Assembly (NCBI RefSeq): GCF_004010195.1
Contig: NW_025215375.1
Location: 62,001-126,000 of the forward strand
Reading direction: 5' to 3'
From: Chiloscyllium plagiosum
Taxonomy: Eukaryota
DNA: 64,000 nt
In this document: positions 12,701 through 26,200 of the stretch, in pieces
How the letters are laid out: every line of letters begins with the position of its first letter
How positions within the stretch are numbered: position 1 is the stretch's first letter
Translations under genes and position numbers: made by a program
The notes under the pieces: model-generated
Databases searched by the model: none
Told to the model about the DNA's origin: nothing
Seen by the model: the letters and a program-made list of their open reading frames with translations, nothing else

Positions 12701-15390
12701 TACGACATTAGTTTAAACCCTCCGAAGCAGCATGAGCAAAAGTACCCCGAAGGACATTAGTTCCATTCTGGCCCAGGTGTAGACTGTCCAATTTGTAATT
12801 GTCCCATCTTCCAGATAACTTGTCCCAATGTCCCAAAAATCAGAACCTGTCCCTCCTGTCTATTTTTAAATTTCTAAATCGGAATAGCACGTGGCATTGG
12901 TAGCAATCTTGAGATCACAACCTCTGAGGTCCTACTTTTTAACTTGGTGCCTACCTCCCTTAATTCTGTCTGTAGGAACTCATTCTGATTTTTTAAACCT
13001 ATATCATCGGAGCCTACATGCACTATGAAAACTGACTGTTCACCCTTCCCCTTCAGAATATTCTGCAGTCAATCCGAGGCATCCTGTCCCTTGCAACTGG
13101 AAGGCAACATACCATTCAGGAGTCTAGGCTTCGACCAGAGAAATACCTATCTACTCCCTATACCATTAAATCCCCAATGACTTCGCCTGTCCAGTATTTT
13201 TTCCTGCCCTTCTGAGCAACAGAACCAGCCATGACTTTTTTTAACTGTCTACTGCTGCCTTCCCTGGTGAGCCATCTCTCCCAACAGTATCCAAAACAAT
13301 GTACCTGCAAGAACAGAAGGTGACCGCAGGGGACACTTGCAGAGACCTTCTTTTCTTTCTCTGTCTTTGGGTCGCCAGTTCCCTTTCTTTTTCAGCAATC
13401 CTAATCTGTGATGTGATCAGTTCACTGAATGTGCTACCTACAACCTCATCTGCATTGTGATTATTCCAAGGTGTGTCCATCTGCAGTCATCATCCCGTCT
13501 AACAAGAACTGCAAGTGGGCAGCTGTACTTGAGCAGGGACATCAGCTGTGTCACTGAACTCCCACATTGAGCAAATGGCTCTGAGATCTCATAGAACATA
13601 GAACATAGAACAGTACAGCACAGAACAGGCCCTTCAGCCCACGATGTTGCGCCGACCACTGATCGTCATGTATGCACCCTCAAATTTCTGTGACATATGT
13701 ATGTCGAGGAGTCTCTTAAATGTCCCCAATGACCCTGCATCCACAACTGCTGCTTGCAATACATTCCATGCTCTCACAACTCTCTGTGTAAAGAACCCGC
13801 CTCTGAAATCCCCTCTATACTTTCCACCAACCAGCTTAAAACTATGACCCCTCGTATTAGTCATTTCTGCCCAGGGAAATAGTCTCTGGCTATCGACTCT
13901 ATCTATGCCTCTCATTATCATGCATACCTCAATTATGTCCCCTCTTCTCCTCCTTTTCTCCAACGAAAAAAGTCAGAGCTCAGTCAACCTCTCCTCATAA
14001 GATAAGCCCTCCAATCCAGGCAGCATCCTGGTAAACCTCCTCTGAATCCGCTCCAAAGCATCCACATCTTTCTTATAATAGGGCGACCAGAACTGAACGC
14101 AGTATTCCATATGCGGTCTAACCAAAGTTTTATAGAGCTGCACCAAGATCTCACGGCTCTAAAACTCAATACCCCGTCAATGAAAGCCAAAACACCATAT
14201 GCTTTCTTAACAACCCTGTCCACTTGGGTGGCCATTTTAAGGGATATATGTACCTGCACCCCAAGATCACTCTGTTCCTCCACACTGCCAAGAATCCTAT
14301 TCTTAATCCTGTACTCAGCTTTCAAAATCGACCTTCCAAAATGCATCACCTCGCATTTATCCAGGTTGAACTCCATGTGCCACCTCTCAACCCATCTCTA
14401 CATCCTGTCAATGTCCCGCTGCAGCCTACAACAGCCCTCTATACTGTCAACAACACCTCCAACGTATGTGTCATCTGCAAAATTGCTGACCCATCAATCC
14501 CCTCATCCAAGTCATTAATAAAAATTACAAACAATAGAGGCCCAGGGACAGAGCCCTGTGGAACACCACTCACCACAAACTTACAGGCAGAAGATTTTCC
14601 TTGTACTACCACTCGCTGTCTTCTGTTGGCCAGCCAATTCTGTATCCAGACAGCTATGTTCCCCTGAATCCCATTCCTCCAGCCCTTCTGAATAAGCCTA
14701 CCATGGGGAACCTTATCAAATGCCTTGCTGAAGTCCATATGCACCACATCCACAGATTGACCCTCATCAACATTTCTCGTCACATCCTCAAAAAACTCGA
14801 TAAAGTTTGTAAGGCATGACCTGTCCCTGACAAAGCCGTGTTGACTGCATTTAATCAAGTCATGCTCTTCCAGATGGTCATAAATCCTATCCCACAGAAT
14901 CCTTTCTAACACCTTGAAGACGACGGACGTGAGACTTACTGGTCTGTAATTGCCGGGAATTTCGCTATTTCCTTTCTTGAAGAGAGAAATTACATTTGCC
15001 TCTCTCCAGTCCTCAGGTACGACTCCAGTGGAGAGCAAGGATGAAAAGAGGATGAAATCTCCTGCCACATTTACTCGAAAGCTTAACTTGTTCTTAAATT
15101 AGATAAATAGAAAAGGAAGGGTTTTTCTTTAACGAATCACAGGATTTATAAAAAAGAAGAGAAGCATCTTATCAACACTGTACAGACTCCTTTTGTTTTG
15201 GTAAGAAGAGGAGTTCGAGGTCGGAGACATTACACGTGTAGTGTCTCTGGTTAAATCGCTGTCCAAATACATCCATTCATTTACCTTCCCAGCCAACAAT
15301 TCGTCCTCTCCCACTTCACTTCTCGCTGTTACTGCTACTGCAAATGGAGGCCTGATGCTCCAGGTAAGCCCCTTTTTAGTGGGAAATTAA
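9765..15390 (-). mobile_element. Near full-length decayed CR1 LINE (ORF1 esterase-type plus ORF2 APE/RT), split by a nested CR1
   Basis: RT YMDFSKAFDRVPHGRL and SCLANL (10781-11002); KSPDPDGIY; APE CICFNARS and IIAITDTWL (12289-12683); ORF1 remnants 12700-13590; 5' region resumes at 15062 after the nested copy. Confidence 0.9.
13591..15052 (-). mobile_element. Younger 5'-truncated CR1 LINE nested in CR1 ORF1
   Basis: (ATAGAAC)n tail at 13591; [51 protein letters not shown]; imperfect TSD tgagatctc (13582-13590) and tgaaatctc (15053-15061). Confidence 0.95.
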
Positions 15391-15749
15391 CCTTCCCGGC
15401 AACCAGCTGGCCCCACCCCCCCAATTCCTCTGAAACGATAATGCACAAAACATGAAAAAATCTCTTTCATTGATGGATTCGCAAAGTGAACAATGATAAT
15501 CATATGCGAAACAAAAATAATTTAATGGCTACTTACTGTGATTCTTGTTCGACGAAATATTTGGTTGTCTATTGAGAAGATAAATTCAGTTTATTTTTCT
15601 AATCTGAGTTGGATAAATTTTGATCAGTATGTGATTATCATTGGTGACAAACCAGAAGTTGTTGGGAACACTCAGAAGTTCTGGCAGTATCTGTGGTGCG
15701 AAAGAAGAATCAACATATGGTCGGGGAACTGGCTCGGGCCAGGTTACTA

Positions 15750-15912
15750 CGCTCATAGTGTTCAGGGATGTGTCGGTTAGGTGCATTAGTCAGGGGTAAA
15801 TGTAGAGTTTGAGAGTAGGCGATTGGGTCTGGTTGGGTTACTCTTTGGAGAGTCAGTGTGGGCATGTTGGGACAAATGGCCGATTTCCACAATGTAGGGT
15901 CTCGACAATTCT
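15750..15912 (+). mobile_element. 3' half of an HE1-type SINE
   Basis: gtgttcagggatgtgtcggttaggtgcattagtcagggg...gggttactctttggagagtcagtgtgg matches the SINE copy at 46150-46290. Confidence 0.75.
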
Positions 15913-15919
15913 ATGCGTT

Positions 15920-17465
15920 CTTCATAAGAAGTGTCTTTGGGGCGAGGATCAGGGATGTCTCCAAGCATGGTCAGGGCATACTGAGGGGGACGGTTAACAG
16001 CCAGCAGCTTTGGTACACATTGGTACCAATGGCATTGTCAGGAAACATGACAAGATCCTGCAAGGGGAGTGTAGGGAGATCGGCCTGAATAGAAAAGCAG
16101 GATATCCAGGGTTGTAATTTTTGGATTACTCCTCATACTAGGTGAAAGTGAGATAAGGAAGATGACGATAGAAAACTTTATTATGTGGTTGAAGACCTGG
16201 TTCAGGAAAAAAACGGTTTCAGATTTTTGGATCATTGGGATTTCGTCTAGGGCAAGTGGGACCTTTAAAAAAGGACAGGGTGCCATTTAAACTGGAGGAC
16301 ACCAACATCCTGGCAGGGAAGTTTGATAATGCATCTCGGGTGGATTTAAATGAATAATGTAGGAGGCTGAGAATCAGAGCAGCTGGACAGCAAGTGAGCG
16401 GAAAGTAGAGTCCAATAGAATAGACAGGCAGGGCCAGTCTAATGACCATGCTGAGGAAAATGATCGTAGCAATTTTAAAAATGTGAGTGGAAATGATAGG
16501 TTCTGTATTATCGGAGATCAAAAAATAAGAATGGAGTGTGTGGAAAGTGTTTTGCGCCACAAGTATTAAAGGAGGTAAACAATTCAAATAGAACGTATAT
16601 AAATACCTTGTACCTATATGCATGGAATATTAGGGGAAAAAATGAATGAGCTGAGAGCACAAACAGAGATAAAAAAGATATGGCATGGTGGGGCTTGCAG
16701 GAAAGTGGTTACTGGAAGGTCATTGTTGGGACGAGACATATCCAAGGGTACTCATTATTCAGACAAGAATGAACAGCAGGTTGAGTTGCTGCATTGATTA
16801 AGAATGATATCAAGGCTGCATTAAGAAATGACATCAGCACAAGAAGGCAAATCATTTTGGGTCCAAATGAAGCACATGGAACGAAATCTGTTTCTAGGAG
16901 TAATTTCATGCCCCAACCTCCAAATATAGTTTCAAAAACCAGGGAATAACAATGGCCTGTGAGAAGGGCACAAGAGTGCGCAATCTGTGTATGCATGTTG
17001 ACGTTATTACTCAATTTGGCAAGTACAGCCTCAAATAACGATTTCCAGAATGTATGAGGGATTGTTTCTTAGAACAGCAAGTCATGGAAACCAACCAGAG
17101 AACTGGCTTTTAGATTTGATGTGAATAATGAGGAAGGAGTGATAAATCATCTAGTAGTAGAGGATCCCCTTGGAAAGAGTGACCATAATATGCTGGAGTT
17201 TCAAATTCAGATTCAAAGATTGAAGACAGAGTCATTTGCGAGAGTTTTAGTGTCGGGCAGTGATAATTATACAGGCCTGAGGAAGGATGGGCCTGAGTGC
17301 ACTCGGAAAAAAAAATCATTAAAGGGCAGAACATTTGAAGAACAGGAGCAAATATTTAGAAAGCTAGTAAAAACACATCAATTAAAGTTAATTCCTGAAT
17401 GGAAGAGTAATTCTGAAAAGATAAAACGTCATCCATACCTAACCAAGAAGACTATGATAAGATGA
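15920..17465 (+). mobile_element. Decayed CR1 LINE (ORF1 SGNH-esterase region and APE endonuclease region)
   Basis: VHIGTNG motif near 16012, FLDHWD near 16223, TNILAGKF, and PLGKSDHNMLEFQI (17121-17465). Confidence 0.8.
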
Positions 17466-17471
17466 AACACA

Positions 17472-17590
17472 TGTCCTAGTGGAATTATCGCCAACTGCTG
17501 ATGCAGCGATCCAGATAAGGTTCTAGGATCTCGGGTTCAAATGCCGGCGGATGCTGGAATCTAAATTAAACATAAATCTGCAATTAAGCT
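17472..17590 (+). mobile_element. 5' head fragment of a tRNA-like SINE/LINE-related family (same family as 35035-35510)
   Basis: gatctcgggttcaaatgcc (B-box-like) followed by gatgctggaatctaaattaaacataaatctg. Confidence 0.45.
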
Positions 17591-17640
17591 TTACAGTTTA
17601 ATAGTGAGATCACTTTCACTTCAAAATTGTGTCTCCTTCT

Positions 17641-20600
17641 TAGAACATAGAACGTTACAGTGCAGTTCAGGCCCTTCGGCCCTCGATGTTGCGTCGACCT
17701 GTCATACCAATCCGAAGCCCATCCAACCAACTCTATTCCATGTACATCCATATGCTTGTCCAATGACGACTTAAACGTACTTAAGGTTGGCGAATGGACT
17801 ACCATTGCAGGCAAAGCATTCCATTGCCTTACTACTCTCTGAATAAAGAAACTACCTATGACATCTGTCCTATATCTATTACCCCTCAATTTAAAGGTAT
17901 GCCCCTTCGTGCTCACTGTCACCATACTTGGAAAAAGGCTCTCCCTGTCCACCCGTTCTTACCCTCCGATTATCTTGTATGTCTCTGTTAATTCAGCTCT
18001 CAACCTTCTTCTCTCTATCGAAAACAGCCTCAAGTCTCTCAACTTTTCCTCGTAAGACATTCCCTCCACACACGAGGCAACATCCTAGTAAATCTCCTCT
18101 GCACCCATTCCAAAGCTTCCACATCCTTCTTATAATGCAATGTCCAGAACTGAACACAATACTGCAAGTGCGGCCGCGTCAAAGGTTTGTACAGCTGTAG
18201 CATAACCTCAAGGTTCCGGAAATTGATCCCTCCATTAATAAAAGCTAAAACACTGTCTGTCTTCTTAACAATCCTGTCGACCTGGGTGGAAACTTTCAAG
18301 GATCTGTGCACCTGGACACCGAGATCTCTCTGCTCATCTACACTACCAAGAATCATACCATTATCCTAGTACTTTGCATTCTGGTTACTCCAACCAAAGT
18401 GAATCACCTCACACTTGTGCACATTAAACTCCATTTGCCATCCTTCAACCCTGCTCTGCAGCTTATCTATGTCTCACTGTAACCTACAACAACCTTCGTC
18501 ACTATCCACAGCACCACCGTCCTTCACATCGTCTGCAAATTTATTAACCCACCCTTCTACACCCTCATCCAGGTCGTTTATAAAAATGACGAACAGCAGT
18601 AGACCCAACACCGACCCTTGCGGTACACCATTGGTAATTGGACTCTAGGGTGAACATTTCCCATCAACCACCACCCTTTGTTTTCTTTCAGCAAGCCAGT
18701 TATTGATCCAAAATACTTTCTCACCAACAATACCATTCTTCCGCATTTTGTGCAATATTCTGGATCAGTGGTGCTGGAAGAGCACAGCAATTCAGACAGC
18801 ATCCGAGGACAGGCAAAATCGACGTTTCGGGCAAAAGCTCTTCATCAGGGCAAAAGCCCTGCAATAACCTACTCTGGGGACCTTATCGAACGCCTTGCTG
18901 AAATCCATATACATCACATCAACTGGTTTACTCTCATCTACCTGTTTGGTCACATTCTCCAAGAACTCAATAAGGCTTGTGAGGCATGACCTCCCCTTCA
19001 CAAAATCGTGCTGCCTATCCCTAATTAAATTATTCTTTTCTAGATGATTTTAAATCCTATCTCTTATAATCTTTTCTAACACTTTACCAACAACTGAAGT
19101 AAGGTTCACTGGTCTATAATTGCTTGGGTTGTCTCTACTCCCCTTCTTGAACATGGAAACCACATTTGCTATCCTCCAGTCTTCTGGCATTATTCCTGTA
19201 AACAATGACGATTTAAAGATCAATGCCACAGGCTCGGCAATCGCCTACTTGACTTCCAAGAGTATCCTATGATAAATCCAATCTGGCATAGTGGACCCTC
19301 TGATTCCACACAAAATTTCCCACTACTTCCTTGGTTGACCCTAATCTTACTCTCGTCATTCATTTATTCCTTAAATACCTATAGAAAGCCTTTGTGTTTA
19401 CACTGATCCTATCCGTTAACAACTTCTCATATCTCCTTCTGGCTATACTAAGTTCTATCTTTAGGTCTTTCCTGGCTGCCTTGTAACCCTCAAGCGCCTT
19501 AACTTAGCCTTCACATCTCATCCTAACATAAACCTTCTTCTTCCTCTGGACCAGAGATTCCACTTCCTTCGTACACCACAGCTCCTGCGCTCTATAGATT
19601 CTTCCCTGCCTGACAGTTACATATTTATCTAGGACACACAGGAGGCTTTAGTTGAATAAGCTCCATATTTCTAATGTGCTCATTCCCTGCAGTTTCCTTC
19701 CCCATCATATGTTTCCGAAATCTTGCCTAATCGCAATGTAATTGCCTTTTCCCCAGCTGTAACTCTTGCCCAGTGCTATACACCTATCCCTTTCTATCAC
19801 TAAAGTAAACATAACGGAATTGTGATCACTGTCACCAAAGTGCTCACATACCTCCAAGTCTAACACCTGTCCGGCCTCATTACCCAGTACCAAATCTTAT
19901 GTAGCTTCGCCCCTTGCTGGCCAGTCTACATACAGTGTCAGGAAGCTCTCTTGCACACACTGGACAAAAACTGACCCATCTATAGTATTCGTACTCTCGT
20001 GTTCCCAGTCAATAATTGGAAAGTTGAAGCCCCCCATGACAACTACCCTGTCCCTCTCACTCCTATCGAGAATCATCTTTGCTATCCTTTCCTCTACATC
20101 TCTGGGACTATTCGGAGGCATACAGAAAACTCCCAACAGGCTGACCTCCTTTCCTTTTCTATACTCAGCCCATACTACCTCAGTTGACGAGTCCCGAAAC
20201 ATCTTTTCTGCAACTGTGATAGTGTCTTTGACCAACAATGTCTCACCCCCCACCCCCCACACCTTTTTACCATCTTCTCTCTTCTTACTGAAACATCTAA
20301 ATCCTGGAACCCGCAACAACTATTCCTGTCCCTGCTCTATCTATCTCTCCGAATGGTCACAACATCGAAGTCCCAGGTAGAAATCCATGCTGCAAGTTCA
20401 CCCACCTTATTCCGGATGCTCCTGGCGTTGAGGTAGACACACCTCAAACCAAATTCTTGCTTGATGAAGCCATGTTGCGTCCCTGACACTTGATTTCGGA
20501 CATCCCTCCTTTCAACCTTTTCTATACACGAACTTCAATTTTGGTTACCATCATCTTGCTGATTAGTTTAAACCCACCCCAATAGCCTGAGCGAAACTCC

Positions 20601-21725
20601 CCCCAGGATATTGGTATCTCTCTGATTCAGATGAAGACCATCCTGCTTGTAGAGGTCCCATCTACCCCAGAAAAAGCCCCAATTATCCAAAAATCCAAAA
20701 CTCTTACTCCTGCACCATCCCTGTAGTCACGTATTCAACTTCTGTCTCACCCTATTCCTTGCCTCACTATCACGTGGCATGGTCAACAAACCAGAGACAA
20801 CAACACTTTTCATCCTAGCTCTAAGCTTCCATCCGAGCTCTCTGAATTTCTGCCTTTAATTCCCATCTCTCTTCCTAACTATGTCGTTGGTGCCCATGTG
20901 GCCCACGACTTGGGGCTGCTTCCCCTCCCCTTTAAGGATCCAAAAAACACGATGAGAGACATCCCTGGCACCTGGGAGGCAACACACTAACCGTGAGTCT
21001 CTCTTGTCCCCGCAGAACCTCTTATCTGTCCCCCTAACCATGGAGTCTCCAATGAATGCTGCTCTGCTCCTTTTCCCCTTTCCTTTTAGAGCAGCAGGGA
21101 CAGACTCTTTGTCAGAGTTCTCTGTTTCCCACCGGTAAGTCGTCCCCCAACAGTATCGAAAACGATATACTTATTGTTGAGGGGAATGGCCAAAAGGGAT
21201 CCCTGCACTGCCTGCCGGTTCCCTTTCTGTCTACTGACTGTAACCCATCTACCTTTTTCTTGTATGGTAGGGGTGACTACCTCGCTGCAACTCCTCTTAA
21301 TACCTCCATGTGCCTCCCGAATGGTCCGAAGCTCATCCAGCTCCAGCTCCAGTTCCCTAACGCGGTTTTCGACGAGCTGGCGATAGGTTCACTTCCCGCA
21401 GATGTGGTCAGCAGGGACACTCGTGATGACCTTTCCCTCCCACATTTTGCAGGAGGAACATTCAGCTGCCCTACTCTCCATTCCCACTATTCTAAATTCC
21501 CAAAGAGACTGTTGAAAAAATAAGGAATAAAAAGTAAATTTGTTACCTTACAAATCTGGCACACAGAACCTTCTTTTGGTTAGTGGAGGAAGATGGGTGG
21601 GAGACACGACCTGAGTAGTGTTTCAGGTAACGCAACCACATAAACATATGTCTTCCCAGAAGTCCTTCACTTCTCCCTCACACCTTTCAGCAAATGGAGG
21701 CCCGACTCCCGAGGTAAGTCCCTGA
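17641..21725 (-). mobile_element. Near full-length CR1 LINE (ORF1 plus ORF2, frameshifted, internally deleted)
   Basis: tagaacatagaac tail; RT GRSCLTSLIEF, YMDFSKAFDKVP; APE GDSDHNSV, VVMGGFNFP, LGVFCMPPNS; ORF1 VCCLPGAR...VGHMGTNDI; 5' motif shared with the CR1 ending near 15370. Confidence 0.93.
18758..18859 (-). mobile_element. 102-bp Penelope-derived insert in the CR1 RT; hammerhead core at 18821-18848
   Basis: 7-bp TSD tgcaata (18751-18757 and 18860-18866); minus strand CTGATGA-A-GAGC-TTTT-GCCC-GAAA-CGTC. Confidence 0.85.
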
Positions 21726-23261
21726 TTGAGCCCTCGAGTAAGGGGAAGAGATGCTCTTTATTCAAACTGTCCATAAACCTCATACTCTGAAACACCTCAA
21801 TCAGGAAGCCCTCTCAACCTCCTCTGCTTCAAAAACGTCCAACCCCTCATCATCGTTAGAGTACTCTCTCTTGTCTTCTTCTTCTAAAATTTATTTCATC
21901 GCATTTATCAGTCAAATCTCATCAGCCATTGATCTAGCCACCTGAACAAACCGTTTTTATAATCTTTAAGCTGACATGTTCCTCCTCACCCATCTAATAA
22001 TTGTGTCATCCATAACATTATTTATCATTCCCCCCAAAATCCATCCCTCACATTCTCATCATCATCATTTATGTAGCTCACAGATAAGACTTGTTTTATT
22101 TCTCCTGTTCTTCAGATGTTGTTCAAAGAAGATGAATTAAGATTCCGAGTCACTTGTTCTTCCTATTTTGTTGAATTTACAGTGTGATGCAGTTGAGGTT
22201 TTTTTTTCTGAGAGAGCCACAGATTTTTTTTGGACATGGAGCAGAATTCTCCTTTTATACTGTTCGTCTCTGTATGTTTTACTCCGAAGGCTTGCTTGTG
22301 TTTAATATTGGACTAGGTTGAACTGACTTCCTCTGTAATATTTGTATTTGACTTGGACCTGGATAATGTTCTTTGTAACATTCCCTGCTTAATGTTCTTC
22401 AGTGCTGAAGGAATTTTTCATCTGCATGATGGACATAGACTCATATGATTGTTTGAAAGATCTGGAGAGATGAGAATAATTATTCAATTTGATGCTGCAC
22501 AAACACACAGTAGGAGATCAAATCATATCGCCAAGCCGAGCTAGAATTGGAAGCAATTTATTCGAACATATTCCCTTTAAAATAAAGGTTGAAGAAATGT
22601 TCTTAGAGCAGTATGGATCTTGCAGATGCTCCTGGGATTGCAGGAATAGTTAAAGATTTATTGTAGTTTGTTTGCATTTAATGCAATTCATATAGTTTAT
22701 TAATATAAGATTTTTTTTCCATTTTGATTATTAACATTCAAAAACAAACAAAAAAAAACAAAAAAAATTCACACGAACATTGTTATGACGAGCTTTTTAA
22801 GGTGGTCTACGAAAACAAAATAGGACAATCTACATATGTTCTAAAAGGCTTCCTTTTTTAAAAAATGCAGAAGTATTCTTTGTTTCAAAAACTAAAGTCT
22901 ATTTTTCATAGATATTTTAATTGAAAATGTAACAGTTTTATAAGTTTACAAAATAAAAATAAAAATCCGAAGTATAAACATTGAATCTTAAATAAATAAT
23001 AACCAAAATTTAACAAAAGAAAAATACCGAGAGAAAAAAAAACTCAACTAACTAGTAATCTAACCAACAACCACCCAGAGTGTATAATTAATTCTCTTAC
23101 ATTGTTCAGATAAGAAAAAGAAAATAAAACCAACTGATAACACAGAAATTGGGTAGTGAGATACATGCTCAGAATGTAATAACATCAAATGTAACAAAAC
23201 CCGCATTCGCGCGGGATTCTTCTCCCAAGGGGCCCCGGACCAGCCAGGTTCGCCATCTCAA

Positions 23262-26200
23262 TTAAATAAAAGCGCTTGTTAGGATGGCCGAAATATCTGT
23301 ATTTATATAATTCAAGAAGGGCTGCCATATTTTATGGAATAATTTGATCTTTAGGTGAACCATATTTATAAGGAAGTCAAGGAGAATACATTCCATAATT
23401 AATCTGTGCCAATTTGAAAGTCCAGGGGCCCTCAGCCACCCAATTTACCAAAATATTTTTCCTTGCACAGAAACAGAGAATAGAAAATAATCTCTTCCCG
23501 CGCATATCCGAGGACGGGGGGTGGGGAGGGGGGGTAATTTCGAAAAGCCCAAAAGGAGCGATACAGGGTGCACTCTAATTTCCGTTCCTAAGATTTCTGT
23601 CAGAGCACTTGCTACTTTAGTCCAATATTTACGGATCTTATGACAAGTGCATAGGCAATGTACAAGAGTGCCCACCTCTATTTTACATTTGGGACACATT
23701 GGAGATGCTCCTGCCTTAAATGTTGCCAATCGATCCGGTACTATATGGGCCCTATGAAGTATCTTCAGCTAAATAGCCTGAGTTCTGTTGCAGATGGTGA
23801 TTTTTCTGGCGTTTTCCCAAATGTATTTCCACGTTTCTATACAGATTTCTACTCCCAGATCCTGATCCCATGTTTTAAGCAGATTGCCCATATCTCCCGA
23901 TACTTCATCATGTAGTAAATGATAAATTTTACTTATGGAAGATACCCCCATTGGCCGTAGCACTCTACATTCTCTATCTGATTTCGAAAGACTATCTAAG
24001 AACGTAGTCTTCTTCAGTATATTATCTCGAATTTGGAAGTATCCATTCGGTAATCCGATTTCTGATGCAGTTGTTCAAGAGACATCAGAACCACTTCTAT
24101 AACTAGACCCCCTAAGCAAGAGATACCCCTGGATCTCCAGACTTTGAAAGTGGCATCTGTAAACCTAAGTTGAAATCCCCATGCTCCCACTATCGGAGCA
24201 TAGGGGGGATGTTTTACGTGAGTTGCCCTCATTTTGCCGCCTTATATTCCAAGCTTTAATTGTGTTTAGTATTATAGGATTTTTGCAGTGGTCTGTAATG
24301 ATTTTCCTCTTGTCTGAAAATAAAAGGTTAATAAGTGGGCATTTTACTTGAGAAGCCTCGAAGTCCAGCCAGATTGATTGCGGGTCAGACAAGACCCAAT
24401 CGGCTAGTAACTTAATAGGGAACGTAACTGGTATTTCCTAAAATCTGGTAAATCAAATCTTCCCCTTGCCTGTGGAAACTTCAGCTTAATGAGGGGCCGT
24501 CTATGATTCCAGATGAAGGAACCCAACCAGACATGTATTTTACGTAGTGCCAGCCTCGGCAGCATCACTAGAAGCATTCTCATCGGGTATAGGAGACGGG
24601 GCAGAACATTAATTTTATTTAGTGCTATTCTACCTAGCCAGGCAATTGAAAGGTCTCCCCGTCCCTAGATGTCCTGACTTATCGTTTATAGTAAATGCAC
24701 AAAGTTCGCCTTGTATAACTGACCAAATACTAGGATAATAAAAATGCCTAAATATAAGAAACCCTGCAGGGACAACCGAAAGGGAAACTGGGATCCTTCC
24801 ACTAAGTGGGTTATCCTAACAAGGCCACCCATTGGCATAGCCTCCGATTTTGAGAAATTAATTTTATAGCCTGAGAATGCACTAAACATATTAATAACTT
24901 GGATTAAGCGAGGCACGGACATCAGAGGAAAAGGAATTACTGAGGAATAGGAGAACATCATCTGCATAAAGGGTAATTTTATGTTTATCTGTACCAATCC
25001 TCGAGGCCGTGAAATTAAGGTCAGCCCGTATATGGCTTCTGCTAGTGGCTCAATTATTAGCGTAAATGGCAATGGCGAGAGAGGACATCCCTGACGGCAC
25101 CCCCTATTCAAACTGAAGCTATTCGAGCCTAATCCATTGGTAATCGCAACTGTTTTGGGATCACTATGCAGTGTTGAGACCCATTTGGTAAACACCTTTC
25201 CAACGCCAAACCTTTCCAATGTGTAAAACAATATGACCATTCAACTCTATCGAATGCCTTTTCCGCGTCTAATGAGACTACTACTCCTGGTATCTTTCCC
25301 TGATGGAAGGCTTGAATCATATTTAAAACGCTTCTCACATTATTGGATGATCCTTGGCCCTTAATGAACTCCGTCTGATGCTCCTTTATGATATATGGCA
25401 ATACCCTTTCTAGCCTCAATGCTAATGTTTTAGTGAGGATTTTAAAATCCACATTTAGCAGGGATATTGATCTGTATGACACAATCTTCTGGGTTCTTTT
25501 CTTTTTTAAGGATAAGAGAGTTATTTGCCTCTTTCAGCGAAGGCAGGAGACAGCCCTGACTGTATGAGTAGTTATACATGTCCATAAGTGGACCAGTCAA
25601 TATTTCTGTAAATTCTTTATAGAATTCAGCCTGAAAACCATCTGGGCCGGGTGCCTTACCGCTCTGAAGTTGCCTGATTGCGTCAAGTATTTCCTGGATT
25701 GTTAGGGGAGCATTTAAGACCGATACCTGTTCCGGAGTTAGGTCCAGAAAGGTCATTTTAAAAAAAATGATTACATCCTCCTAGTCCTGTCTTCACAATT
25801 CTGCAATTTATATAAATCAGAATAAAATTTTCTAAAGGTTGTGTTAATCCTTTTATGATCATGAGTCAAAATACCCGTACTCTCCTTGATAAACGTGATA
25901 GTTTGAGGGACCTTCTTTTTCTTTGCAAGAAATGCTAAGTATCTACCTGGTTTATCGCCAAATTCATATAACCTTTGGTTTGCAAATAATATTTCCCTCT
26001 CAGCCGTGTGGGCAAGCGTGGTGTTTAGAGCTGTCCTAAGGGCCGGAATCCTTTGCAATTTGATAATAGAAGGTCTGTCACCGTATGCTGTTTCAGCCAC
26101 TTTAAAACGAGCTTCAAGCAGACGATGTTGTTCTCCCTTATTTTTTTTTCTGGGTTGCTGAGTATGAGATGATCAACCCTCGCGCGTAAGCTTTGATGGT

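Noticed and set aside
21710..21720. Minus-strand ACTTACCT resembling the U1 snRNA 5' end
   Set aside because: Only 8 nt match and no further U1 sequence follows; it is simply the complement of a splice-donor-like motif.
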